62,000 nt of DNA from Diadema setosum (lineage: Eukaryota): assembly GCF_964275005.1 (NCBI RefSeq), contig NC_092686.1:46252001-46314000 (forward strand), read 5' to 3'. The notes under the pieces are model-generated. The model made no database searches and was not told the DNA's origin. It saw only the letters and a list, made by a program, of their open reading frames with translations. Of this stretch, positions 12,583 to 24,700 are shown in pieces; the stretch's first letter is position 1; each line of letters opens with the position of its first letter. A program made the position numbers and the translations under genes.

Positions 12583-13504
12583 AACACAGTAACAGCAGAT
12601 TTGTGACAGAAAAAATCTACTTTATCTGCAGATTATCCTATCATTGTTTTGATAGCAGAAATTCTAAAGAATTTGATAGGGTTGGGGTTTTAGGTGGTAT
12701 GGAATTGTTAAATGGTATTGTTAAATTCAAGTATCAGAATGGCTAATCACTTTCGACATCCAGCTGAATCCCTGCTTGGCAAACTGCTTGGCACACTCTC
12801 TTATTGCCACAAACTAGCATTAGACTAACATGAAAACATATGAGTGGGACTGTAAGGACAGCAGCAATTCTGCTTAACCCACCACCTAGGCTTCAGTTTC
12901 TGTACCCGTTCACATGGGTGAACCAACATTTAAGAATTTTTAGCTGGCAGAAATGTATCAATACATTGCTTTGAAAGTGATTGCTATACAGAATCAGAGC
13001 GTATGTGAGTTTTGTCCTGGCAGCTCATATTACAGGATATAACAGTAGTTGTTAAATTCATGTTCATGGAATACAGCATTGAACACAGAAATGTACACAT
13101 GCACGTTACATGCTGATCAGGAGTTGATATTTTCACATGTTGTTAGATTTGCGAATAGTACCCAGATCGGAGAATTCCCACAAGTAACCCCAGGAAAACA
13201 GGTACGGTATGAAGTCTCATTAATAGAGATTGTCTTTGATGCATTTGAGGTAACAAAAAATGATGTCAAGTATCAAAACTAAATGCAATCGTAAAATTTG
13301 CTTTGCGTTTGCTCTGTGTTGTGGGCTGCTCAGGTGCAGCCCTGTCGCGATTTATACAGCGACTGGGCTGTGTATAGTTAGTGTACAGTGTATTTACATA
13401 ATATGCACAGCCCTGTACAGTGTATTTACATAATATGTGTATGCACAGGCCTGTCACATCATTATCACAGCAAGTCATGACTGGTACTCTTAGTATTCTC
13501 AGTC

Positions 13505-13748
13505 TGGTGGCCCCTGGCTGGGCCCCCTGCCTTGGACCAGCACTTAGGCTCCTGGCCTCGGCCCGGCCTTGGACCCCGTGAGCCCCGTGAGCCCCTGGGC
13601 CACCTGGACCCCGTGAGCCCCTGGGCCCCTGGGCCACCTGGGCCCCCTGGGCCACTGGGCCTGGGCCCACTTGGGCTCTGGGCCCCTGGTTCCGGGCTAA
13701 GGCCCGTGGCCTTGGGTCCGGCCTTAGGCCCCGCCTATGGCCCGGCTG
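13505..13748. repeat. GC-rich degenerate ~9 bp repeat (GGCCCCTGG/GCCCCGTGA)
   Basis: Read directly; very GC-rich island in an AT-rich background. Confidence 0.75.
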
Positions 13749-13854
13749 TACTTTGTACATGGTCTATGAGAAATCAGGCTTGTCTGTAACTGTATAATTA
13801 CAAATAATTACAAATAATCACAAATGATCAACGGGTCCATACCACATATAGGAC

Positions 13855-13995
13855 TATATGAATATATTCATATATGAATATATGATTACATGAATATGTA
13901 TGTGAATATATATATATTATTATATATGAATATATGAATATATGATTATATGAATATGTATGTGAATATATATTATTATATATGAATATATGAAT
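13855..13995. repeat. AT-rich tandem repeat (TATATGAA-based)
   Basis: Read directly. Confidence 0.75.
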
Positions 13996-14267
13996 GTGAT
14001 CTGGCATTCTGTTACGGTGTCAGATCTGCGGTCATTCATATACATGTATAAATGGCATACATTCATGTGTACAGTATGCTACTTGATTGAACCAGCCAAT
14101 GGAGAAAGATCACACCATTGAACAATACTTGAAAGACATGTACAGTTCAATGACTCAATGCTTGTTATTATGAACTCTGTAGAGGTATGCAGCCCTCTTC
14201 AGATGGAAAACATACGGTTGGCTATCAAACAGAGCTTGCAAAACCATCAACAATTTATTGAGTTGGA

Positions 14268-14309
<42 letters not shown>

Positions 14310-14535
14310 TGTGTGATAGAGCTATTTGGCTTGTTTCCTTTGCATGCATCATCACAAATTCCCGAAGTCTGAATAAAGTGAAACCAAGACCTTCATATAG
14401 ATGTGCTGCATTGTAAGGTGCTGGATCAGAGCACTACCATAAGATTGACACCATGGCAGGAATTGTGCTAACAGTGTACTATCCTTCCTGTGCATTTATG
14501 TGAAAGTGTACCAATACCCTGAAAATCACATTTTA

Positions 14536-15865
14536 AACTAGAAATGTCGCTATGGCGACTGATGCCTCCGCCATAATGCATGATTCTCCCAATAGGTGTA
14601 TAGTACGATGTCTTCACAATGTGTGATGACAGTTTCACATAACTGGCAAAATACTGATATGACAGGTTTGTCAGAAATGTATTGAATGTTCTCTTTCCTC
14701 AAACTGGGTTTGCTATAATTGTCTAAGAGTGCAGGTACACATATTTGGGGAATTGAGGATTTTACTTGACTTCTGACCGACCCTGTTATAAGTTTATGCA
14801 TTCAGTACTTTTCAAGGTATGAAGAAAGAGTGTAATTACAGTACAAAATAGATTTTTTTTTTTCATTTAAACCTGACCTTTGATCCTTACCCTTTGACCT
14901 CTGACCTTCTGGCTGGAAATTTCCCGGAGAATCTCCATTAGGTAATGCAACATGTATATATTAAATTTTAAAACTAATAATGCAAGCATTGAATATAGAC
15001 ACTAGTATATGAGGGAAACAGTAAAATTTTGAGGAGTCGACCTTGACCTTTGACCCCTGACTACATACTGACCCATGACCCCTAAATTCCCTAGATAATC
15101 CCTGCCAGTCAGTACATGCATATGTACCAAGTTCTATGAAGATACATTAAACCATTTGCGAGAAAAGTGAAATTGCAACATTTTCACCTAACCTTTGACC
15201 TTTTGACCTTTGACCTTATGACATGAAACTCTCTCTGGAGAATTTTTACGCAGTAGTACATGTCTACACTAAGTTTCAATAAAATACCTTCTGGCATTGC
15301 ATAGATATGGGGGAAATAGCAACATTTTTAGCATTTGACCTTGACCTTTTGACCTTTTACCTCTTGCCAATGTCACTAAAATCTCCTCAACTAATTGCCC
15401 CATCATACATCATCCTTGGACCAAGTTTGGTGAAAGCTACTTCATCCAGTTTTGAGTTATCATGTAAACAGATAAATTTTAGGATTTGACCTTGATCTTT
15501 GACCTTTGACCTCTGTCCGATTTCACTAAAAAAAACTAACATGTAATTGTCGCATCATACATCATCCTCAGACAAAGTTTGGTGAAATTTGCTCTATCCA
15601 GTCTTGAGTTATCGCGTAAACGGATACAATTTCATGATTTGACCTTGACCTTTGGCCGATTTCACCCAAAATCTAATCAAGTAATTGCCCCATCATACTT
15701 TATACTTGGACCAAGTTTGGTAAAATTCCAGTCAATATTTCTCAAGTTATCGCGTAAACGAATGCGGACGGACGGACGGGCGTACGAACGTACGGACATA
15801 CGTACGGACGGACGGACAACCCGAAAACATAATGCCTCCGGCACCACTTCGTGGCGAAGGCATAA
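14536..15865 (-). mobile_element. Helentron/HINE-like element, family H1 copy B (longer; extra internal repeats)
   Basis: Same termini as copy A (AACTAGA..TCGCTA.GGCGACTGAT..GCCTCCGCC; CGGA microsatellite; AACATAATGCCTCCGGC..GGCAT). Confidence 0.75.
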
Positions 15866-16070
15866 AAAGCAGTGTTCCCTTGATAGCCACGCTCTCAACT
15901 CACATCTTCAATCACTCAATTAAATCTGGCCACTTTCCTTTGGACTTTAAACGTGCTAACGTTGTTCCTGTTCCAAAAAGTAAATCCTGCAATGGCATGA
16001 ACATTGTCTGCCAATACCACTTTTATCAGTGGTTTCAAAAGTGTTTGAAAAAGCGATTCATTCATAGCTA
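15866..16070 (+). mobile_element. LINE (CR1/L2-like) RT relic, right half
   Basis: KSSVPLIATLSTHIFNHSIKSGHFPLDFKRANVVPVPKS...LLSVVSKVFEKAIH, the classic non-LTR RT N-terminal motifs. Confidence 0.8.
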
Positions 16071-17494
16071 ATTTGCATAATACAAATTACAATGAAACTT
16101 CAACTCATAAACTTAAAATGATACCAAACATGTCAATATTTAGCAATTTAGATGAAATTTTGCCTTCTCAGGTGACCTTATCTAGGACTTGCTCTACAAT
16201 ATGGCTTAAAACTGTGGGAGTAGCTCTCTCCATTTGTAAGATTTAAATAAACAATGATTACCATTACAACACTCCGTCTCATAAACAAGCAAATCAATGA
16301 TGTTTCCCTCATGTAAACCTCAAGGCTTTCATGAATACCACACATCACCACAATTACTTTAGAATTATTTTCTTTCTATCAAAACAGGGGCCCTGCTGAC
16401 ATGGGCAAAAGTGTATTGTACTTTGGATACAATAAGAAAAATAACATGCAGGTATCCTAATAGACATCCTTTGGTCAGCTTGTGAGCCCAAATTCTTTTT
16501 ACAACCACTTAAAAGTAGTGGGAGTGTAGTCTGTTCCAAAATGGGTAGAACTGACTGAAAACCATGGCAGTAGTTCACTTCACAACGTTGTGGGAAGACT
16601 GGCTGACCACAAGTGTCAACTTTTTTTTTTTTTTTCTTTGGAAAGGAAATGAAAATATCTTCCCACTGTGCCTGCGTATTTTCAGGGCAAAATACCCACT
16701 CTGCAAAACATGGGTCGAGCAGTTCAAGTAAGAAACATACTCAGGCAAGTAACAGATTATGACTGACCTAGCTCAGACAGCACCAGAATGCGTCTCAATG
16801 TTTAATTCAGCAATCAAAGAGAGTTAAAGGCTATTCTTTGTTCTCTTGCTGCTAAACCTTTGGGTGGATTGAACTTCAACTCAATTTACAGATTTGACAT
16901 TCTAGATGTCATCCTTTGCCAAAATCATGGAGAAACTCCACGGCCTGCAAAAGAAAGTTATTTATTCCAGCCATACGCAAAAAAAAAAAAAAAAACCTAC
17001 GGACATGGTGGAAGGTACGTGATGCCGGTAGACTTGAAAAAGGCTGGCCAAAAACTTTGCTTGAATTTATTACTACCAGATTGAAACAACATCTTAAGAC
17101 AGGAAATCAAGAGTTCAGACTGTTGTGCATATCACTCTGCAAGTCTACTCTTTATCAAAAGCTTCGGTAGATGCTTCTGATTTGATGCAGTGATTCATTT
17201 GAGGGAAGAATGCACCCACCAAGGAAATCAATTGGGCATGAGTGGAGGAAAACAAGAACATCACATCACTGACAATATCTGAGTGAAACCAGACAGAATT
17301 CAGAAAGTTATTCCCAGTAGAGTATTTGTGAGTCAGTAGAGTATTTGTGACACAGCTCAGATGGTAAATGAAATCATCTCCATGGACAAATGACTAGAAC
17401 ATGTTTTGCTATATCCTTGTTCTTTTTATGTCTGACATGCCATCAGTTTTTCATTAACTTGACAAACTTAATTCATCTGCCTACAAGTACAATA

Positions 17495-17661
17495 CTGTAA
17501 AAGTGGATAGTTTTGCACGTTTTTAATTCTGCGGAATCAAGACATTAACTACTGCAACATATGGCAAGCAAAAATATTCATGTGCTTTTATTTTCGCACT
17601 AATTTCTGGTTGCGCGAAATGCGGGAAAATTTCACCATTGCGAAAATTTCCACTTTTACAG
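17495..17661. mobile_element. Short TA-flanked MITE (CTGTAAAA...TTTTACAG)
   Basis: TA|CTGTAAAAGTGG...CCACTTTTACAG|TA; related copies at ~22611-22774, ~40093-40274 and one ending near 244. Confidence 0.65.
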
Positions 17662-18408
17662 TAGATCAAAGATGTTGTGTGCTCAGATAAACTCGAAAAC
17701 ATGGGAGGATAATTCTTTATTACCACCTGAATAATCATGGATTGGTCTTGTTTTTCACGAAGTAAGGGAGAATTACAACTTTAGCAGTTTTGACTGACCT
17801 GCTCAATAAAGGCAAAATGGAAAACATAATTGCTTGAGCCAGGTATACACAAAATGATTAACAGGGACAATAACCAAAGGAATACAAAGTACATTAAATA
17901 GACATTCAGAAACATCATATGAATGCAAGTCATACTTTTTCTCCCCCCTCTTGTTTTTCAAAATTAACAAATACCTGCCCTTCAAATAAAAAGAAAGTAA
18001 AGCATATGATTTGAAAAATTTGCCAAACATGTTACATCTTCACTACAGCCATTAACAGGTTCTGCTGCTAAGTGGCTACTATTCTAAATACTTGCAGATG
18101 TTGGGGTGTTCATAGAGCTCCATTTCATTCTGTGCTGTATGACCAGATCTCAGAGTTGCTTGAAAAGTTCACTTGTAACCTACAATAGTACACATATCAA
18201 ATCACAGATAATATCACAGATAAATGCTTCCTATCTTTGATAGGCGCATGAACAATTTCCTCTCCAATCTTCTTGAATAACATAAACTCACGTTTTGCCA
18301 CATTTGGGCAATAATCACACTTGGGTCACTGACATTTCCTCTGGTCCATCTCTAATGCAGGGTTTAGTTCAGATAAAACCACATCCGCCACTGCCTCTTT
18401 CAAGAACA

Positions 18409-18725
18409 CTATCTTCGCCTAATCGCACTTGACCAGTAAAATTGGGATCTACTCACGTTGCGCAGTTCGTGTTTCCTCTTCAGCTTGCCGGACATCTTCC
18501 TGCTTGGCGAGTTTTGGTCGGGGCTATACGGCATTCCCTCCTCCGCTGAAAGTCGCTCACTGCTTGGTGTTGGTTCTGATACATTGTCAACCTCGCAGAC
18601 ACCACTGGTGCGGAGATCTTTTGAAGTCTTCTGTCTATGGCCGCCCTTTTTGGAGACTTTGATGGACTGGGAAGACACTGTCTGAGAGTCATCAAGTTCG
18701 TCTCCACTTGCTTTGCATGGCTCCT
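18409..18725 (-). CDS. POLR1G: POLR1G-like low-complexity C-terminal exon. It either splices at 18457 (|GTGAGT) or reads through to TAG at 18409
   Basis: TTCAG| acceptor, phase 1, open frame EEPCKASGDELDDSQTVSSQSIKVSKKGGHRQK...KLKRKHELRN. Confidence 0.75.
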
Positions 18726-21700
18726 CTGAAGTGCATTATAGGCAGACAAAGCATATGGAACAAAAAGACTGAATTCACTAGCGTATCATTTTCAAAAAAA
18801 AAAAAATGAAACCCAAGCAACAAAATGAAGACATAAAACATCTAGAAAAAAAAAAAGGTTTAGATAGATTGACAAAAGATGTTTTGTCCAATGACAACGT
18901 GTCATTTGTTTTGGGATCTTTTCAATGACAAGTCATCAAATGTAAGCATCAAACACAGAGAAGCAGTAACCAGGTGTAAAATCAGCACAATATTCACCGT
19001 GTTACTACCATTCTGTTTCTATATATATTATGTTCTCAGAAAAAAATACAATTCACTTCTTTTGAGCCACTCTTTTAACAGATGTTGCTCGCAGGAAAAC
19101 ATAAAAACACTTTGAAAAAAAGGTATACTATCAACTATAGTGTTTGAAGATGTTATGCTTCTGTATTTTGAATTCTTAAAGAACACAAAACTGTTGTTTT
19201 AACACTTTGGAACAAATCCTCACCCCATCCAAAGGGCCTGAAGCGTTGTCTCAACCCCCTTGGCATCTCTGGTGCCTTGGAAGCCTCAATATCTGGAGCT
19301 CCATCGGAGGGCGGGAGGGTTGGAGTCTCCATGATTGTGACTTGACCTCTGAATGCAGGAGCTGTTTTCAAGAGATACATAAAGAAGGGAAAAGTGGAAC
19401 TGAGTCTTAAACAAAATTGAACTTAAAAAAAGAAAAGGCAATAACTTCAGACATGAATCACACATTTATTCAGAAGTCAAGTATTAATCACCATTTTTCC
19501 TCTGTCAAGCAAATGACTACTAATCTAGGAAATTGATTTAGATAATTTTTATTATTTCAGAAGTATCATTCAGTTGATGGAATTTTTTGCTTTATAATGT
19601 GCTTTAGACTGATACAACATATTTACGCATACATGGTACAAAAACAATGTATGTGATCATTCTTTGTATTGCATCATCGCACTGGGTGCTTTATATGCCC
19701 TTTAAGTGGTTGAGGATCGAAGTACCCCAGAAAAAAAAAAAAAAACCAAAAAACAACAACTCTGTATTTCATCAGTTTTTGAATTGAACTGACAAAATAT
19801 TTCCTCTTCATCTGACCAAGTGTTGTGAATCTGGCAAATTCTACCACATTCCATGGTCTTAGCTAGAAAGAGGTCCTGAATTTGCTGCAAAGATTAAATG
19901 AACAACAAGAATTTAATCAGAACCCTCCTGGCCAAAAGTATGCTTAATCAATATATCATTACGCATGTGTTTAAATTGATTCATCCCCAGACTACAGACA
20001 CTTTATGTAACACCCTGTGGTCACTTGAGTAATACTTGATGTAGCTGTTAAATGACTCATGGTCCACACAATCCAGCATTGCTTACCAAAAGCACACTTA
20101 TCAAAACAAACATTTGGTCATTATCTCAACAAATCCCACTGCATGTATGGCCCACACTCATCCTTATCATTGGTGTCTTCCTTTCAACTATTTTGAGGCA
20201 CTCTGATTGAGACTATTTGGTGATTCCTTGCTATGACACATATTGTGTCTATCTCAGCAAAGCTCAGCCCTAAAAGTTAGGTTTATTTGTTTCCTTGCAG
20301 AATTGGTATTTCAACAAGTACTAGCTGATTCTGGATCCAATAATGTCATCACAGTGAGGCAAAACAGGCCAAAATATGAATTATTAGCATTTTACATAAT
20401 TTGAATCTAGCATAGACTGGATATCACAGATATCAACAGATACTACAAATACAGTCAAATCTGCTCTAGCAACCACCTGTCTGTAACAAGCACCTGCCCA
20501 TACATAGCAAATAAATTAGAATGTCCTGCAGAGAAAATGTGTCCTTAAGAACCTCTGTATAGTGACCACCTGCCTAACATGGCCAGCAACCAGATTTGGT
20601 TCCTGCTGGATGACTCATAATAAGTGCACATTTGTCCTCCAACCTCCAGTTAAAACTCCACAGGAGATGTTTGGGAGGTCTACTTATCCAAGATCTAAGA
20701 TCCAGTGGCAAACTACAGTAAAGCAACTAGTCTACTATAGCTTCGATGGTTGTGACATTTTCAATATGCCCCTGAAACTTGTCTACTGCAAAGGTAACCG
20801 CAGATGATATGAAGTGATAGGTTGCTATCACAAGTGACTTTGTATCCATATCCATATATCTGATCCGTATCCACATCTATATCATACCCACACGATTATA
20901 TAGTATTGTGGTGTACATGCTATCACTATACAAAGATGAAAATGTCTACAACATTGGCTACCACATCAACCTATCTACAATGACCACCTGTCTTAAAGAC
21001 CACATTCTGTATTTCCCTTGAGCAGTCATTGTAGACAGGGTTGACTGTATCTATTTGTGAAAGTTCATGAAAGAATGCATTTACAGCAGACATGATGATT
21101 TCCAAGATGGCAAAACACACAAACACACTCACAAAACCAACCAAACAAACAAGAAACAACAACAAAATAAAGGACGGAGGAAGTTCCACAATCTGAGCAA
21201 CATTTCTTTAGAAAGCTGTTATGACAGTAACTTTTGCTGCAATAGCAAGTGTCATGGTAATGAAAAGAATCCTGCTTCCTGCCTAGTAGTTGCTACAAGA
21301 AGTTGCTATTCTAGTAGAAATTGTTATCCTAACATTGTTTTACGACAAAATGAGACCCAGGTGTTCTTTGAAAAATATGAAGATTGTCAGAGGTTGGTAT
21401 TGGATTTTGGAGACACCACACAATGACCAATGACCAATACAAAAGATACAATTGATTCAACACTCACTTAACCTGTTGAGGATGAGTGCCAAGTATACTC
21501 AGGCAAGTGTCTTCACTTTGTCAACATTACAATCTCATTCCTGAATCCCTGGATTACATACATGCAGCTCTGATTTCATTTAACCCTTAATGTGTCCAGG
21601 TACTTCGCAGAACTTGCCAAGTTTTCTCAGTAGCATGAAGTAATCCATCCAAACCTTGGCCTAGTTGTAGACTAAACAAACCCATCAGCTGCAGCATATT

Positions 21701-24700
21701 GTACTTCAGAACAACAGGGTGGCCATGGTGACACAATATGGATTTGGTGCCTGGTAATCTCTTATTTATTAACAATTAGTTTTAAGATATCTGTGCCAAT
21801 CAGCAAAGAACGGACTCCAGCGTGCATGCCAACTGGTGAAGAAAGCACAGTAAGGGGTTAATGACAAAATACAATGAATATCATAGCAATCCTGTACCAC
21901 CGCAGGGTTGATATAAGGTGGCTTTACGCAGCAGCCGAAAGTCTCGCTTTTTGGAGTCGCAGTTTGAATCGCGACCCAAAAACCATTTTTTTTTTTTTTT
22001 CATGAGTGTGGACACAATAGTCGCAACTATTAGTAAGCCTCAAATCATGAACCGCACATCAGTAAACGTGCGACGTTTCTCAAATAGTCACGCTTTTTGC
22101 CGAATTGTCATGATCATTAGCGGTACGAAGTGTGTGTGCACGTTGTGCGAAATCGCAGCGGTTTTTTATACATCACACTGCAATGCATAAGACAGCTACT
22201 TCCAGAGTATAGAGTCGCAGTACATGTACAAGGTATGTAGCAAGTCGCGTCAAAATCAGGTCAAATGACACAACTGTTTGGCTTCCGTCAAACTGGTGTG
22301 ATTTGTGTCGCGCCTTTTCTTCGCGAAATGGTGCAATTTTTTCTCTCTCCAGGACACATGTGAACCAGAGCACAAAAAAGCACAATTTGAATCGCAATTT
22401 GAATCACGCTTTTTTAGTGTGTGTGAATGCGCCTACAAATTCATGGCTGGGACCAGGCACTTGGCCTTCTATTCATTCCTGGTCCAGACAGAATGGTGCT
22501 TGAACCAATGCCAGTCCAAGGGTTGTCCTTCCTCCCAGATAAACACAGACAAGGTCAATATAATGTGTGACCCAAATAATCTCTATCCTCATAACACTGC
22601 ATATTCTATATTGTAAAACCACTAACATTTGTGGCATGAAACTTTCATGAATTTGAGCTGACAGACTTTTTCATGGCATGAAACTTTCGCAAATCACCAC
22701 TGGCATTCACTTGGGAATCTTGGCTCACGAGATTCGCAAAAGTGTAAAGCATGCGAAAATTTATGATTTTACAGTACCAGTACCTGAGTACACAAAACAC
22801 AAATGGAGATGTATACATTTATGTTCCTCACTCTAAAGATGGCCTGAAAAACAAAATATGTGACTGCCCAGCTCAAAACCAACAAAACGTTGCAGATTAG
22901 GATTCTCTGTAATAGAGCAAAATATGTCATTTGGGCTGACTGACTCAAATTTTTAAAGTTTGTTTAATCTGGGCGAGTAATCTTTTGTTCTTCCTACCAT
23001 CAAAGTTTGGCTGCTCAAAACAAAGCTTAAATCAAGATGTTAGAAATTTTTTTCTAGACCATCTTTTTTCAGACAGGTGCTGCTTTCACTGTGAAATATA
23101 ACATGTTTTCATTGATACTTATGCCCAGCATGCCTGAGCAACCCTAATCTTTACAGCTTCTATTCTCCCTTTTCTATATGAAACTGTACCTCCTAATTCT
23201 CTCTTATTTCAATCACTTTCTGAATGGGTTAGGATGGTCCAATTAAAAAAAAAAAAAATACATATCATTTCAAATCTTAGAGCTACGACTCTTTTAAACT
23301 ACACTGTATGTAAAAAAGTGGAAGTTAATTTTGGTCTACAGGGCAGGACCTCAGAGGAGCACAGATGAATTTTAGTCATTTCCTTCAATTTCCACACAGT
23401 AGTCCCTAATGGAGTAACACAGTCACGGTATCGTCACACTCAGATGGGATGCATATTTCTCACATGCACTTCAATAATCATTTAATTGTTGGGTAAAAAC
23501 AACAAAAATAGTGCACTGCTATATTTTGGTATCAGCAATATCATAGTTAAATAAAGAGATGTATGCATTCCGTAGCCACCAGTTAATGTTTTCACAACGC
23601 AGTGACCACACCCAATCCAGGATATCCTCAAACTGTTCAGCGCAGTCCAAGAGGAATTCCATACCAATCTACATGTATGGCAGCATCATGGCTGATTTCA
23701 AATCATCGATAGAGCAAAGACCTCTGTCAGGAATGTATGTATTTGGATACATGTAATAAAATGTCTATAAGTTTATTAAGAACAAAATGACCTCTATGTG
23801 CATGTTAAATGAGTTTGAAACTAAGTTGACCTATAAGGACACAGTGTGAGTGGTCTCCGTCGGAAATCTTCATGCTTTCATAAGGAGGCTACATCCTTTG
23901 ATCACAGTTCATTATTCAGGTTTGTTATTCCAGAGGTTCATTATAAATCTGAAAACAAATTAGGATTCTAATTCCAAAGGCTTGTTAGTACATATCTTCA
24001 CTTCATTTTGGGATCAAAGAACTTTATTTCATTTTCAGATTGATAAACTTCCAAAATTACAAACTATATGTCATTTTCGGATTACCGAACCTTCTGAATA
24101 ATGAACCTTATTTCACTTTCGGATTAGCATACATCTAGGTATATATTGAATTTGTGTGTTTCGGAATAATGAACTGCATTTCATTTTTTGTTTGATGAAC
24201 CTTCAGAATAACAAACATTACCCTATCTTTTGGAGCATTTACATATCTGGTAGACTGCTCTGTTGTCACTTGAAAGAATCAAAGCAAAATAAACCTAAAT
24301 TGTATATGATCCCATAAAGCAAAGACTATGCATCATGATGTTGTGCCATACATGCAGTATACAAACTTATGCCAAGACAGCAATGACAGAGGTAAATTTC
24401 TAATCACCCCCTTTTGGATTTGCCCCAAGTCTAGCAATCAATTATTAGCAGACCGCACATTTTTCCCTAAAAATGTGGGAGGTGCAGTAACATCACAAAT
24501 ACAATTTATAAATCTTTTTAAAACTAATTCAAATCTTATTTTTAAAAAAATAAAACCAATAGCAGTTTAACAAATTTCTCCATGTGTCTAAAGAGGCTGG
24601 TTATTTGCATGTGAGGAAATGCTGAAATCAAGGGTAAAAACAGCAAATTAATTAATTGAATGATTAAGACTGCAACTTGCTACCCGGATGGTATGCCATG

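Noticed and set aside
13266..13789. Collagen-like ORFs (164 aa minus, 85 aa plus)
   Set aside because: Gly-X-Y periodicity holds for only a few triplets and shifts frame; there are no convincing exon boundaries.
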